DNA of 41,183 nucleotides from Gammaproteobacteria bacterium RIFCSPLOWO2_02_FULL_61_13 (GCA_001801865.1 MGYT01000125.1:4521-45703), one strand, 5' to 3'; shown: positions 1 to 11,339, counted from the first letter of the stretch. Made by a program: numbers and translations. The notes: generated by a model from the sequence alone, not told the origin.

Positions 1-898
1 GGATCCCGGCCAGCGTCGGCATGCGCGGGTCATCCCATCCGGCCACATGCCCGCCTTCCACCAGGGCGATGAGCCGCCGCTTGCTGAGCACGGCATAATC
101 GAGATTAAGCCGCGCGAACTCATACTGGCGCGGGCGGGATGGCGTCGACAGGTTGTCAATGAACCAGTCGTACAACGGGCGGTGATCCTCGAATTCCAGC
201 GTGCAGATGGAATGGGTGATGTGTTCGATGGCGTCGGACAGACCGTGGGTGAAGTCATACATCGGGTAGATGCACCACTTGTCACCGCTGCGATGATGCG
301 CGCTGCGCCGGATGCGATAGATGATCGGGTCGCGCAGATTCACATTCGGCGAGGCCATGTCAATCCTTGCGCGCAACACATGCGCGCCGTCGGCAAACTC
401 GCCTTGCCGCATGCGCTCAAACAAGGCCAGGTTTTCTTCCACCGAACGATTGCGAAACGGGCTCTCCTTGCCGGGCTCGGTCAGCGTGCCGCGATGGGCC
501 CGGATCTCGTCTCCGCTCAGGCTGTCCACGTAGGCCTTGCCCTGTCGGATCAGATCCACTGCGTAGGCATGCAACTGGTCGAAATAATCGGAAGCAAAGT
601 ACAACCGATCCTGCCAGTCGAAACCCAGCCAGTGCACGTCACGCTGGATGGCCTCCACATACTCAACGTCCTCAGTCTCGGGATTGGTATCGTCAAAACG
701 CAGGTTGCACAGTCCACCGAAGTCCGCCGCCAGCCCGAAGTTCAGACAGATGGATTTTGCATGCCCGAGATGCAGATAACCGTTGGGTTCCGGCGGAAAC
801 CGCGTGTGCACGCGGCCGCCGTGGGTACCGGCGCGCAGGTCGTCCTCGATGATGCGGCGGATGAAATTGTGCGCCGCGGCCGGCACCGGTTCCGTCAT
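1..898 (-). CDS. glnS: Glutaminyl-tRNA synthetase, N-terminal part (the rest runs off the left window edge)
   Basis: Absent from the ORF track because it is open at the window edge. Reverse-strand translation from the ATG at 898-896 reads [95 protein letters not shown]. This contains the class I HIGH motif and the GlnRS N-terminal block. The 47..979 + ORF is its antisense shadow. Confidence 0.9.
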   Translation of the reverse strand, partial: MTEPVPAAAHNFIRRIIEDDLRAGTHGGRVHTRFPPEPNGYLHLGHAKSICLNFGLAADFGGLCNLRFDDTNPETEDVEYVEAIQRDVHWLGFDWQDRLYFASDYFDQLHAYAVDLIRQGKAYVDSLSGDEIRAHRGTLTEPGKESPFRNRSVEENLALFERMRQGEFADGAHVLRARIDMASPNVNLRDPIIYRIRRSAHHRSGDKWCIYPMYDFTHGLSDAIEHITHSICTLEFEDHRPLYDWFIDNLSTPSRPRQYEFARLNLDYAVLSKRRLIALVEGGHVAGWDDPRMPTLAGI

Positions 899-908
899 GG
901 CACGCAGC

Positions 909-2135
909 TTACCGTAAAACCGCCGAACCCAACGCGATGCCCGGCAGGTCGCCGGACAGTCCCATGGCACGGGCCATGAGCCAATGCTTGACCGGGCCCA
1001 GCGCGTTACACAAGTCGAGCCCGGCATTGCGCAGCCGTTGCATTGCCGGATCCCGGGAGCCGAAAAGTTTATGCATGCCGTCCAGGACCGAGATCATCAT
1101 TTCGTTCTCACCCCGGCGCCAGCGCTCATAGCGCCGCAGGGTATGCAGGGAACCGGGATCCCGCCCGGCCTGCCGGGACTCCAGCAACACCTGCGCAAGG
1201 CTCGCCGCATCCAGCAATCCCAGATTGGCGCCCTGACCGGCGAGTGGGTGAACACAGTGCGCCGCATCGCCGATGAGCGCCAGGCGTGGCCGGCAGTAAC
1301 GTTCTGCCTGGGCGCGCTGCAGCGGAAACACCATGCGCGGGCCGCTTTCCACCATATCACCCAGGATGTGCCCGCCGGCCGCGGCCAACTGGATGCGGAA
1401 CGCCGCCTCGTCCTGCAACTGCAGTCTTCGCGCCTGCTCCGGCGTGGTGGACCAGACAATGCCACAGGCATGCGGGTCCGCAAGCGGCAGAAACGCCAGC
1501 GGGCCCGAGGCCAGGAACCGCTGACGCGCCACCTGCCCGTGGGGAAGCGCCGAACGTGCTGTGCACGCCAGCGCGTGTTGTTCGTAGGCGTGCGAGGCAT
1601 AGCCGATGCCGGCCAGTTCCCGCACGCGCGACCGGGCGCCATCAGCGCCAACCACGAGTCGGGCCAGCAACCGGGAACCGTCCGTGCCGTGGGCAATGAT
1701 TTGGTCCGGCCCAAATTCCACGCGTTCGAGATCCGCGATCGGGATCACATGCGTGCGTGCATCATTGAGTGCCGCGCGCAATGCCGATTCCAAATCGGAC
1801 TGGTTGACGATGTAGCCGAGGGTGGAGAGACACAGGCTGGCGCTGTCGAATTCAATCCGTCCGGTTCCGGCGGCGTCCCAAACCTCCATGCGCTGAAACT
1901 CCCCGATGGACGCAGGCTCAAGCAGTGACCACGCGCCACACGCAGCCAGTATGGCGCGCGCAGCCGGCGTCAACGCCAGGGCGCGAGGATCGATCCGATT
2001 GTGGCTGGCGGCATCGGGGACGCGATCCGCGATCAGGCAGGCAACGCCCGCGCGGATCAGCAGGCAGGCCAATGCCAGGCCCACCGGTCCCGCGCCGATG
2101 ATGCACACGTCCGCCTGACGGGTGATTGCGGACAT
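909..2135 (-). CDS. ubiI: FAD-dependent ubiquinone-biosynthesis hydroxylase, UbiI/VisC-like (UbiH/UbiF/VisC/COQ6 family)
   Basis: FAD fold [15 protein letters not shown] and family motif [23 protein letters not shown]. It sits directly downstream of ubiH, as visC/ubiI does in E. coli and Pseudomonas. I moved the start to MSAITRQ (2135), 1 nt after the ubiH stop, with GGAG upstream. The symbol rests on synteny. Confidence 0.75.
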   Translation of the reverse strand: MSAITRQADVCIIGAGPVGLALACLLIRAGVACLIADRVPDAASHNRIDPRALALTPAARAILAACGAWSLLEPASIGEFQRMEVWDAAGTGRIEFDSASLCLSTLGYIVNQSDLESALRAALNDARTHVIPIADLERVEFGPDQIIAHGTDGSRLLARLVVGADGARSRVRELAGIGYASHAYEQHALACTARSALPHGQVARQRFLASGPLAFLPLADPHACGIVWSTTPEQARRLQLQDEAAFRIQLAAAGGHILGDMVESGPRMVFPLQRAQAERYCRPRLALIGDAAHCVHPLAGQGANLGLLDAASLAQVLLESRQAGRDPGSLHTLRRYERWRRGENEMMISVLDGMHKLFGSRDPAMQRLRNAGLDLCNALGPVKHWLMARAMGLSGDLPGIALGSAVLR

Positions 2136-2136
2136 T

Positions 2137-3342
2137 TCAGACGCTGCTCCGGACGCACGCGGGCTGCCGGCCGCGCAACCCGGCTCCAAACAGCATCAAC
2201 TCCCGTTTCACCGGCGGTAACAAATCCGCAAGCAACATTCCCATCTGCCGCAGGCCCGCGAGCAGAGGATTATTGCTGGCGAAGGTTCGGGCCAGCCCAT
2301 GACTGAACCCCATTACCCGTTCACGGTCCTCGCGCCGTGCCTCCGCAAATGCCATCAGCAGAGCGGCCGCGCCAGGATCCGTGCCTGCGCCGGCCGCCAG
2401 CGTTTCCGCCAGCGCCGCCACGTCGCGCAGGGCCAAGTTGAACCCCTGCGCGCCATTGGGATGAATGTTCACCGCGGCGCTGCCCAGCAATATTGCGCGG
2501 CCGCAGACCTGGCGCTCAGGCAGAACCCGCTGCAGGGAATAGGTGCGGCGCGCTCCGCACTGGGCGATGCCGCCCAGGCGCCCGCCCAGGCGCTGTTCCA
2601 GTTGCGCACAATATTCCGCGTCCCCAAGGGCGAGCCACGCTGGTGCAGCGGAACTCGCGACGCAGTTCACGGCAACCATGCGCCACTGATCCAGCGGCAG
2701 CAATGCCAGCGGACCGGTGCCGCCGAAGCGCTCATAGGCCGTGTCAATATGAGGCTGACCCATGGTGACGTTGGCGACGATGGCAGTCTGCTGGTAGTCA
2801 TGGCGCGCAACCTCGATTCCCAACTGCGCGCGCAGGCTGGATTCGACGCCATCGGCCACGACCAGCAACCGGCAATGCAAACGGCCGCTGACATTGCATT
2901 GCGCAAGCATGGTTTCGGCGCGCTGTTCTATCTGCGTCACGGATTCCGGGCATAGCGCCGTAATATCGCTGCTGGCGCAGATGCATTCCCACAGTGCTCG
3001 GCCCAATTCGCGCGCAACGACCACGTATCCCAGCGCTTCCGTCCCAACGCGTGCCGCGTCCATGCGCACGCAGCCGAAACGCCCCTGCTCGGAGACATGT
3101 ACGTGGCGGATCGGCGTGGCAGATCGCCGCACCTGATCCCAGATGCCGATATGCTTTAGCACGCGCACGCTGGCCAGCGACAGTGCGATACCACGATCAT
3201 CGTAACTTGGCTGGGCCGGTTGCCCCGGGGCTACGGGCTCGATCAGGGCAATTCGGTGACCGCTGCTGCGCAGCGCCAGGGCCAGCGATGCGCCGACCAT
3301 TCCGCCGCCGGCGATGGCGATGTCAAAATCCAGCTTCGTCAT
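2137..3342 (-). CDS. ubiH: 2-octaprenyl-6-methoxyphenol hydroxylase (UbiH family FAD monooxygenase)
   Basis: 401 aa with N-terminal DIAIAGGGMVGASLALAL dinucleotide fold, in the conserved pepP-ubiH-ubiI position. Confidence 0.85.
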   Translation of the reverse strand: MTKLDFDIAIAGGGMVGASLALALRSSGHRIALIEPVAPGQPAQPSYDDRGIALSLASVRVLKHIGIWDQVRRSATPIRHVHVSEQGRFGCVRMDAARVGTEALGYVVVARELGRALWECICASSDITALCPESVTQIEQRAETMLAQCNVSGRLHCRLLVVADGVESSLRAQLGIEVARHDYQQTAIVANVTMGQPHIDTAYERFGGTGPLALLPLDQWRMVAVNCVASSAAPAWLALGDAEYCAQLEQRLGGRLGGIAQCGARRTYSLQRVLPERQVCGRAILLGSAAVNIHPNGAQGFNLALRDVAALAETLAAGAGTDPGAAALLMAFAEARREDRERVMGFSHGLARTFASNNPLLAGLRQMGMLLADLLPPVKRELMLFGAGLRGRQPACVRSSV

Positions 3343-3384
3343 GGCCGGTTATCAGCGGGTCTCCGCAAAACGTTATGAGCGCAG

Positions 3385-4695
3385 TCAGGCCGCACTGGCC
3401 ATGAGCGACTCGATCTCGGCGATTTGCTTCGGCGCGTCGCGGGTAATGACGTCGCGTCCCTGCTCGGTCACCAGCACGTCGTCTTCGATGCGAATGCCGA
3501 TATTCCACCACTTTTTCGCCAGTCCGCGGCGCGGCTGGAAATACAGGCCGGGCTCCACGGTCAACACCATGCCCGGCTCCAGCACCCGCCACTCGCCATC
3601 CAGCTTGTAATCACCCACATCATGCACGTCCATGCCGAGCCAGTGGCCGGTGCGGTGCATGTAGTAGTCGGCAAAGGCCTGATCCTTGATCAGGTTGCGT
3701 ACCCGGCCCTTGAGAATACCCAGTTCCACCAGCCCTTCCGTCAACACCTGCACCGCTGCGTCATGGGGATCATTCCAGTGATTGCCGGGGCGCACGGCAG
3801 CGATGGCGGCCGCCTGGGCCGCCAATACCAGTTCGTACACCTGTCTCTGGGCCGCGGTATAGGCACCGTTGACCGGGAAGGTCCGGGTGATGTCGCTGGC
3901 ATAGCCGTCATACTCCGCGCCGGCATCAATCAATACCAGGTCGCCGTCGCGCAACTCCGCGTTGTTCTCCGTGTAATGCAGGATGCAGCCATTGGCGCCG
4001 CCGCCGATGATGGCCGGATAGGCAGGCGAGCGAGCGCCATTGCGCATGTATTCGTGCAACAACTCCGCCTCAATCTCATATTCCATCATGCCAGGTTTGC
4101 ATACCGACATCGCACGCCGGTGTGCCCCCGCCGAAATGCGCGCGGCCTGGCGCATGGCGCGTACCTCCGACCGGCTCTTGTAAAGCCGCATTTCGTGCAG
4201 GATATGCGTCAGCGCCACGAATTCATCCGGCGCACCAACGCCGGCGCGACCCTTGCGCCGCACCTCGTTCACCCAGCCGAGCACGCGCTGATCAAACGCG
4301 GCATCCTGACCCATGGTGTAGAAGATGCGATCCTTTTCCTCCAGCAACCCCGGCAGGATGTCATCCAGGTCCGAGATTGGAAACGCGTCATCGGCTCCGT
4401 ACCTGGCACAGGCGCCCTCCACGCCCGCGCGCAACCCGTCCCAGATTTCCATCTTCGGATCGCGCTCGCGGCAAAGCAGCACGAACTCGCCCTGTGCGCG
4501 TCCCGGGATGATGATGGCCACGGCCTCGGGTTCGGCAAACCCGGTGAGATAGAGGAAATCACTGTCACCGCGGAACGGGAAGTGGGTGTCACGGCTGCGC
4601 ACGCGCACGCCGGCGGTGGGAATAATGGCGATACTGTCGTCGCCCATCATGTCCATCAGACGTTTGCGGCGCTTGGGAAATTCTTTCTGATCCAT
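3385..4695 (-). CDS. pepP: Xaa-Pro aminopeptidase (aminopeptidase P)
   Basis: 436 aa with an AMP_N-type N-terminus and pita-bread metallopeptidase motifs (DLVLIDAGAEYDGYASDITRTFP, HRTGHWLGMDVHD, LTVEPGLY, GIRIEDDVLVT). Confidence 0.92.
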   Translation of the reverse strand: MDQKEFPKRRKRLMDMMGDDSIAIIPTAGVRVRSRDTHFPFRGDSDFLYLTGFAEPEAVAIIIPGRAQGEFVLLCRERDPKMEIWDGLRAGVEGACARYGADDAFPISDLDDILPGLLEEKDRIFYTMGQDAAFDQRVLGWVNEVRRKGRAGVGAPDEFVALTHILHEMRLYKSRSEVRAMRQAARISAGAHRRAMSVCKPGMMEYEIEAELLHEYMRNGARSPAYPAIIGGGANGCILHYTENNAELRDGDLVLIDAGAEYDGYASDITRTFPVNGAYTAAQRQVYELVLAAQAAAIAAVRPGNHWNDPHDAAVQVLTEGLVELGILKGRVRNLIKDQAFADYYMHRTGHWLGMDVHDVGDYKLDGEWRVLEPGMVLTVEPGLYFQPRRGLAKKWWNIGIRIEDDVLVTEQGRDVITRDAPKQIAEIESLMASAA

Positions 4696-5243
4696 TATTG
4701 CAAGGTCTCCTGATCCATATCGATGCCATACATTCGCATTTCCTCCCGAATCAGCATCACACCGGTGCGCACATGCTCCATCACCTGCATCAACGCCGTT
4801 TCGTCTTCTTCGTCCGGCTCATCCACTCCGACGCGGCTGATCACGTCCATGTCCCGCAGCCACTCCTGGATCCCGTCGCCAAGCACCCGCGCCGGCAGGT
4901 CCTCCACCAGGCCCAGCCCGGACAGAAATCCCCGGCACCAGCCGGCCAGCGCCTGTACCCGCTCTGGCATTCCGGTATCATCGTCCGGCAACAGCATTTG
5001 AAAGTCGAACTCCTCCGATGCAAGCTGGCGCCGGGACTCGTACAACAACTGGCGCACGTGTTCATGGCAAGCTTCCGCCCGGGCGACATCCAGCGTGCGC
5101 AGATCCAGGAACTCCTGCCACAGTTCTTCTGCCGGGAAGTGCGGGCTGCATAATTGGCCGCACAGAAAGCCATGGCACTCCGCCGCCCCCACACCGGCGC
5201 CGGCCGCGGACAATGCCGATTCGAAATCCTGGTGCCCGGACAT
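4695..5243 (-). CDS. ygfB: UPF0149 family protein YgfB
   Basis: Acidic protein with AECHGFLCG and ALAGWCRGFLSGLGL blocks resembling E. coli YgfB, in the conserved ygfB-pepP position. The start is set at MSGHQDF (5243), preceded by GGAGGCGGGGGAA. The stop overlaps the pepP start by 1 nt (TAATG). The longer ORF-track N-terminus is Arg-rich and improbable. Confidence 0.8.
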   Translation of the reverse strand: MSGHQDFESALSAAGAGVGAAECHGFLCGQLCSPHFPAEELWQEFLDLRTLDVARAEACHEHVRQLLYESRRQLASEEFDFQMLLPDDDTGMPERVQALAGWCRGFLSGLGLVEDLPARVLGDGIQEWLRDMDVISRVGVDEPDEEDETALMQVMEHVRTGVMLIREEMRMYGIDMDQETLQ

Positions 5244-5342
5244 TTCCCCCGCCTCCGCGCGTTGCAAGTGATTTACGCGCCTGCATTTTGCCGGCCGGCA
5301 ATTCGCATCCGCCTGCCGGCCGTCCCGCGCCCGATCGACCTG

Positions 5343-5371
5343 TTGACCGTGATCAGGGCGCGCTCTATATT
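5343..5371 (+). promoter_or_regulatory. Putative sigma70 promoter for the coiled-coil gene-zapA-ssrS transcription unit
   Basis: TTGACC (5343-5348), a 17-nt spacer, then TATATT (5366-5371), about 60 nt upstream of the ATG at 5432. Confidence 0.45.
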
Positions 5372-5431
5372 GTCCCAAAAATCGCACTGCCATGCGTCAG
5401 TAAAGTGCGCATTGCCCTGCCAGATTGCACC

Positions 5432-5656
5432 ATGCCGGAATCCAAACCAGAAACACTCGACCTCGTAGCACTCGAATCTAGGGTGGACGACCTGATTCGC
5501 ACCGTGGGTCAACTGAAGACCGAGAACTCCGCGCTGCGCAGCCAGCAGGACAATCTGATCAATGAACGGGCGACACTGATTGAAAAAACCGAACAGGCCC
5601 GTTCCCGCATTGAATCCATGATCACGCGGCTGCGTGCCATGGAGACGCGGTCATGA
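5432..5656 (+). CDS. Small coiled-coil protein (ZapB-like / TIGR02449-type) upstream of zapA
   Basis: 74 aa, MPESKPETLDLVALESRVDDLIRTVGQLKTENSALRSQQDNLINERATLIEKTEQARSRIESMITRLRAMETRS, with heptad character. ATGA stop/start overlap with zapA. Pseudomonas-type genomes have a gene in the same position. Only the last 74 codons of the 5018..5656 ORF look real. Confidence 0.6.
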   Translation: MPESKPETLDLVALESRVDDLIRTVGQLKTENSALRSQQDNLINERATLIEKTEQARSRIESMITRLRAMETRS

Positions 5657-5967
5657 GCACCGGTCTGCGTCCGGTTACCATAACCATCCTGGAGAAGGAG
5701 TACCTGATCTCCTGTCATGAGGAGGAGCGTGATCAACTGCACACGGCCGCCGCGTTCCTGAATGACAAGATGCGCGAAGTGAAAAATGGCGGCAAGGTGG
5801 TCGGGACCGAACGCATTGCGGTGATGGCGGCGCTGAATATCACCAGCGAACTGCTCTCCCGGCGTTCCGAGACCGAGGAATTGAGCAGCTCCGTCGACTC
5901 GACCATCAGGCGCCTGCGCAGCAAGATTGACGCGGCCCTGACCCAGGGCGCACGGGTTGAGATGTAA
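5653..5967 (+). CDS. zapA: Cell division protein ZapA
   Basis: 104 aa. VTITILEKEYLISCHEEERDQLHTAAAFLNDKMREVK...RIAVMAALNITSEL matches the ZapA fold pattern, and 6S RNA follows immediately, as in other gammaproteobacteria. Confidence 0.85.
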   Translation: MSTGLRPVTITILEKEYLISCHEEERDQLHTAAAFLNDKMREVKNGGKVVGTERIAVMAALNITSELLSRRSETEELSSSVDSTIRRLRSKIDAALTQGARVEM

Positions 5968-6044
5968 TGAGGTTAACTGGCTGATTCAAGCCGTCGTGAG
6001 CAGGTCCGGCTGCGCGAAGCCGCGCAGCAGTCTTGAATCAACAA

Positions 6045-6240
6045 ATTTGGGTATCTTCTGCGGTGTTCGTGTGCCGGCTGGTGTTTCTTGAGCCGATTCT
6101 TAGTCGCAAAGGGAACTGAACCGCGGCCTGTTGTGCATGCCCGCACTAAGCGGGAAGCCTGAAGCGCCGCTCGCTGTTCCCACTTGAACCATTGGTTCAA
6201 GACTAAAGGCCGGTAGCGGCACTGCGGTTGATACCCACCT
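6045..6240 (+). ncRNA. ssrS: 6S RNA (SsrS); ends are approximate to about 5 nt
   Basis: Blocks shared with E. coli 6S: CTTGAGCCGAT, GCATGCCCGCACTAAGCGGGAAGCCTGAAG, and ACTTGAACCATTGGTTCAAGAC (E. coli CCUUGAACCAAGGGUUCAAGG). The closing stem GGGTATC..CTGCGGTG (6049-) pairs with CACTGCGG..GATACCC (-6236). Canonical location after zapA. Confidence 0.85.
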
Positions 6241-6251
6241 TCTGCGTAAAC

Positions 6252-6280
6252 TGCCGGCGTCGGGCCGGCATTGTTTTTTC
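6252..6280 (+). terminator. Intrinsic terminator after 6S RNA
   Basis: 7-bp stem TGCCGGC/GCCGGCA (6252-6258 and 6264-6270), 5-nt loop, then TTGTTTTTTC. Confidence 0.75.
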
Positions 6281-6298
6281 ACCGCCCGGGGTAACACC

Positions 6299-6763
6299 GT
6301 GAACTACTGGCTGATGAAATCCGAACCCTCGGTCTTCAGCATCGATGACCTGGCGCGCCGGCCCGGCCGGACTGACAGCTGGGACGGGGTGCGCAATTAC
6401 CAGGCCCGCAACATGCTGCGCGATGAGATGCAGCCCGGGGATTGCGCGTTCTTTTATCATTCAAGCTGCGAGGAACCGGGCGTGGCAGGCGTCATGAAGA
6501 TCGTTTCCCGGGGTCAGCCGGACACCGCGGCCTTCGACCGGCGCAGCGATTATTACGATTCCGGCAGCACGCCGGCGGCGCCGCGCTGGTACTCCGTGGA
6601 TGTGCAGCTGCAGCGCAAATTCAAACGTGTCATTACGCTGACGGAACTGCGGGCGCAACGGGCACTGGCGGGTCTCGCGTTGCTTCAGCGCGGCAACCGG
6701 CTGTCGGTGTTGCCGGTCAGCAGCGCGGAATGGAAATGCATCCTGTCTCTGGCGGCAGACTGA
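6299..6763 (+). CDS. EVE (PUA-like) domain protein
   Basis: 154 aa. NYWLMKSEP...WDGVRNYQARNMLRDEMQPGDCAFFYHS...GVAGVMKIV is the typical EVE-domain N-terminal pattern. GTG start. Confidence 0.8.
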   Translation: MNYWLMKSEPSVFSIDDLARRPGRTDSWDGVRNYQARNMLRDEMQPGDCAFFYHSSCEEPGVAGVMKIVSRGQPDTAAFDRRSDYYDSGSTPAAPRWYSVDVQLQRKFKRVITLTELRAQRALAGLALLQRGNRLSVLPVSSAEWKCILSLAAD

Positions 6764-8284
6764 TCACATCAGGAACATGCGGTAGGCGGGATTACCGGTC
6801 TCTTCCGTGAACACCATATCCAGGTTGGCCAGGAAGGCCCGGAATTCCGCCCGTTCCGCCACCGGCACCTGGATCCCCATCAACACCCGGCCATAGGCGG
6901 CGCCATGATTGCGGTAATGGAACAGGCTGATGTTCCAGCGGTCACCCATGCGTGACAGAAACTGCAGCAGGGCGCCGGAACGCTCAGGAAACTCAAAGCG
7001 GTACAACACCTCATCCGCAGCCGTCGGCGCATGGCCGCCAACCATGTAGCGCACGTGCATCTTGGCCAGTTCGTTGTCGCTCATGTCCACCACGTCGTAA
7101 CCGCGGTCGGCCAGCGCCTGGAGCAACGCCGCCTTTTCCTCCAGTCCATGGCGCAACTGGATCCCGGCAAAAACCCGTGCTTCGCTGGAATCCGAATAGC
7201 GGTAATTGAATTCAGTTATCTGGCGCGCCCCCAGGTCATGGCACAACGCGCGGAAACTCCCCGGCCGCTCCGGTATGGTGATGCAGATCAGCGCCTCCCG
7301 TTGTTCCCCCAGTGCCGCCAGTTCGGCGATGTGTCGCAGTCGATCAAAATTGACATTGGCGCCGCTGAATATGGCAACCAGATCGGCGTCCCGCAGGTGG
7401 TGTGCGGCCACGAACTGTTTCAAACCGGCCAGCGCCAATGCCCCGGCCGGTTCCGGGATCGCGCGCGTGTCCTCGAAGATGTCCTTCACCGCGGCGCAGA
7501 TTTCGTCATTCGTGACCAGCAGGATCTCATCCACCAGCGCCCTGCAGACACGGAATGTCTCGTCCCCCACCCGCCGCACGGCGGCGCCATCGGCAAAGAT
7601 GCCGATGTACGGCAATTCCACCGGCCGACCCGCCGCAAACGCCGCATGCATGGACGGCGCCTCATCGGATTCAACGCCGATGATGTGGATCCCGGGATGA
7701 GCCTGCTTGATGCAGCAGGCAATGCCGGCGATGAGCCCACCCCCGCCCACGGGGACAAAGACATACCGGGGAAGTGTTTTGCTCTGCTGCAGGATCTCCA
7801 CCGCCACCGTCGCCTGGCCGGCGATCACCAACGGGTGGTCATACGGTGGTATCAGCGTGCGACCGGAACCGGCCGCCAGTTCCTCGGCATGCAGCTTGGC
7901 CTCGTCATAGGTGTTGCCGTGCAATACCACATCCGCATTCAACCGCCGCACCGCATTGATCTTTATCTCCGGCGTGGTCTTCGGCATGACGATTAATGCG
8001 GAAACACCCAGATGCTGCGCTGCCAGCGCCACGCCCTGGGCATGATTGCCGGCCGATGCGGCGATGACACCGCGACCCTTTTCAGCAGCAGTCAGGGTCG
8101 CGAGCATGTTGTAGGCGCCGCGCACCTTGTAGGAGAACACCGGCTGCTGGTCCTCGCGCTTCAACCAGATGCGGTTACCCAGCAGCCGTGATAATTGCGG
8201 CGCCAGATCGAGCGCCGTCACCCGCGCCACGTCATAGACGCGCGACCCGGCTTCTGTGATCAACGATTGGTATTCGGGGAACAC
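6764..8284 (-). CDS. ilvA: Biosynthetic threonine dehydratase (threonine ammonia-lyase)
   Basis: 506 aa. PLP-lysine block FSYKVRGAYN, a glycine loop (GGGGLIAG), and tandem C-terminal ACT-like regulatory domains. GTG start. Confidence 0.93.
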   Translation of the reverse strand: MFPEYQSLITEAGSRVYDVARVTALDLAPQLSRLLGNRIWLKREDQQPVFSYKVRGAYNMLATLTAAEKGRGVIAASAGNHAQGVALAAQHLGVSALIVMPKTTPEIKINAVRRLNADVVLHGNTYDEAKLHAEELAAGSGRTLIPPYDHPLVIAGQATVAVEILQQSKTLPRYVFVPVGGGGLIAGIACCIKQAHPGIHIIGVESDEAPSMHAAFAAGRPVELPYIGIFADGAAVRRVGDETFRVCRALVDEILLVTNDEICAAVKDIFEDTRAIPEPAGALALAGLKQFVAAHHLRDADLVAIFSGANVNFDRLRHIAELAALGEQREALICITIPERPGSFRALCHDLGARQITEFNYRYSDSSEARVFAGIQLRHGLEEKAALLQALADRGYDVVDMSDNELAKMHVRYMVGGHAPTAADEVLYRFEFPERSGALLQFLSRMGDRWNISLFHYRNHGAAYGRVLMGIQVPVAERAEFRAFLANLDMVFTEETGNPAYRMFLM

Positions 8285-8333
8285 GCGCCTAAGATAGCAT
8301 TATCACGGCAGCAGCCCGAATTCGGATGCAAAC

Positions 8334-8990
8334 ATGAGCCAGGATGACCGGAAGAAACGCGCAGCAGAAGCGGCTCTGAAATACGTCGAGGACGACATGA
8401 TCGTCGGTGTCGGCACCGGTAGCACTGTCAACTTTTTTATAGACGCGCTGGCCGGCCTGCGCGGGCGTATCGAGGGCGCGGTCGCCAGTTCCGCGGCGAC
8501 GGAGGCCCGGCTCAAACAGCACGGAATCCCGGTGCTACCCCTGAACAGCGTCGCGGAACTCCCGGTTTATGTTGATGGCGCCGACGAAGCGACCCGGCAC
8601 CGCCAGCTCATCAAGGGCGGCGGGGGCGCATTGACGCGTGAGAAAATCGTGGCGGCGGTGAGCCGGCGCTTCATCTGCATCGTGGATGAGTCCAAGCTGG
8701 TGGGCGTGTTGGGACGCTTCCCGCTGCCGGTGGAGGTCATCCCCATGGCCCAGAGTCATGTCGGGCGGCAACTGGCAATATTGGGAGGGCAACCGGCGCT
8801 GCGCCAGGGCTTCACCACGGACAACGGCAACATCATTCTTGATGTGCACAATCTTTCCATCCCGGATCCGGTGGCACTGGAAGAACGCATCAACAACATT
8901 GCCGGCGTCGTCTGTAATGGTTTGTTTGCGCGCCGCGGCGCGGATGTGCTGCTGGTCGCCACCGGTAATTCTGTGAATTGCATCACATAA
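8334..8990 (+). CDS. rpiA: Ribose-5-phosphate isomerase A
   Basis: 218 aa with [23 protein letters not shown] and [12 protein letters not shown] motifs. Confidence 0.93.
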   Translation: MSQDDRKKRAAEAALKYVEDDMIVGVGTGSTVNFFIDALAGLRGRIEGAVASSAATEARLKQHGIPVLPLNSVAELPVYVDGADEATRHRQLIKGGGGALTREKIVAAVSRRFICIVDESKLVGVLGRFPLPVEVIPMAQSHVGRQLAILGGQPALRQGFTTDNGNIILDVHNLSIPDPVALEERINNIAGVVCNGLFARRGADVLLVATGNSVNCIT

Positions 8991-9077
8991 CGCCGAATCC
9001 GGTTTTATTGGCGCTTCGCCACGGCGTGATGCATAATTTCCCCCGCTTTCCAATTTTGCCAGCGCAGGGGCGTCCCA

Positions 9078-9239
9078 ATGACGGAATGGATTTTCTGGGT
9101 GGTATATGTGTTTTCCATCCTGGTGCTGATACTGCATTTCACCGGCTTCCTGGTTCGACGCAATATGGAGTGGGCCGTGCTGGTTGCCGCGGTGGCATTG
9201 TTCGGCGTCAATTTGCTGGATTTCCTGAAAATCATCTGA
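9078..9239 (+). CDS. Possible small two-TM membrane protein (53 aa), below the ORF-track size cutoff
   Basis: MTEWIFWVVYVFSILVLILHFTGFLVRRNMEWAVLVAAVALFGVNLLDFLKII has two hydrophobic helices joined by RRN. AGGGG lies about 8 nt upstream of the ATG. By my count third-codon positions are about 70 percent G/C, although the surrounding spacer is comparatively AT-rich. Confidence 0.4.
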   Translation: MTEWIFWVVYVFSILVLILHFTGFLVRRNMEWAVLVAAVALFGVNLLDFLKII

Positions 9240-9288
9240 ACCGCTGTTACAAGTCGTTTTACCCCGGCTTGTCAGCCCCCGGAATGTC

Positions 9289-10643
<1,355 letters not shown>

Positions 10644-10726
10644 TCATGGTGGTCAGGGTTCAGGTTATCCTAGCCTAAGCACCGGGCGCCGGTTAGACTG
10701 CGCGCCCTGATTTTGCAGCCCATGCC

Positions 10727-11323
10727 ATGACCCGAAAACGCACTGCATCCATCCGCCGCGAGACCCGCGAGACCCGCGTTGCGCTTGACCTGGGCGTCGA
10801 TGGCACCGGCAAGGGGGAGTTTCGCATCGGGATCCCGTTTCTCGAACACATGCTGGATCAAGTGGCGCGGCACGGCATGCTGGATCTCAAGATCATCGCG
10901 GAAGGCGATCTGGCTGTGGATGCGCACCACACCGTCGAGGACGTCGGGATCTGCCTGGGCCAGGCCTTGCGTGAGGCCCTCGGCGACAAGTCCGGGATCC
11001 GCCGTTTCGGCCACGCCTATGTGCCGCTGGACGAGGCCCTGTCGAGGGTGGTCGTGGATTGCTCCGGGCGTCCCGGACTGGAGTACCACGTCGAATATCC
11101 CCGCGCCCGCATCGGCGAGTTCGATGTGGACCTGATCCGGGAATTCTTTCAAGCCGTGGTCAATCATGCCGGCCTGACCATGCATGCAGACACGCTGCGC
11201 GGCCGCAACGCGCACCATATAGCGGAAACCCTGTTCAAGGGGTTTGGACGCGCATTGCGCATGGCGCTGGAAGCGGACGCGCGGCTGGCGGGCGAGACTC
11301 CATCCACGAAGGGTTCCCTCTAA
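10727..11323 (+). CDS. hisB: Imidazoleglycerol-phosphate dehydratase
   Basis: 198 aa. RETRETRV...[18 protein letters not shown]...[15 protein letters not shown]...HAGLT.H....[13 protein letters not shown]. Confidence 0.93.
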   Translation: MTRKRTASIRRETRETRVALDLGVDGTGKGEFRIGIPFLEHMLDQVARHGMLDLKIIAEGDLAVDAHHTVEDVGICLGQALREALGDKSGIRRFGHAYVPLDEALSRVVVDCSGRPGLEYHVEYPRARIGEFDVDLIREFFQAVVNHAGLTMHADTLRGRNAHHIAETLFKGFGRALRMALEADARLAGETPSTKGSL

Positions 11324-11339
11324 ATCCTTCGGCGCCGCC

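Noticed and set aside
1-6. GGATCC at the very start of the window and again near the end (41150-41155), which would suggest a BamHI cloning boundary.
   Set aside because: GGATCC occurs many times throughout this GC-rich sequence, so its presence at the edge is uninformative. In any case it would be a cloning artefact rather than biology.
47-979. A 310-aa plus-strand ORF covering the left end, together with other long ORFs antisense to strong genes: 984..1928, 3424..4713, 7031..7996, 8535..9386, 14757..15551, 15606..16508, 20991..22604, 23288..23944, 35384..36571 and 36809..37603.
   Set aside because: These are shadow ORFs typical of GC-rich DNA. Each lies opposite a gene with unmistakable family motifs. 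Their translations are Arg/Ala/Gly/His-rich with no recognisable domains. The first one is antisense to glnS.
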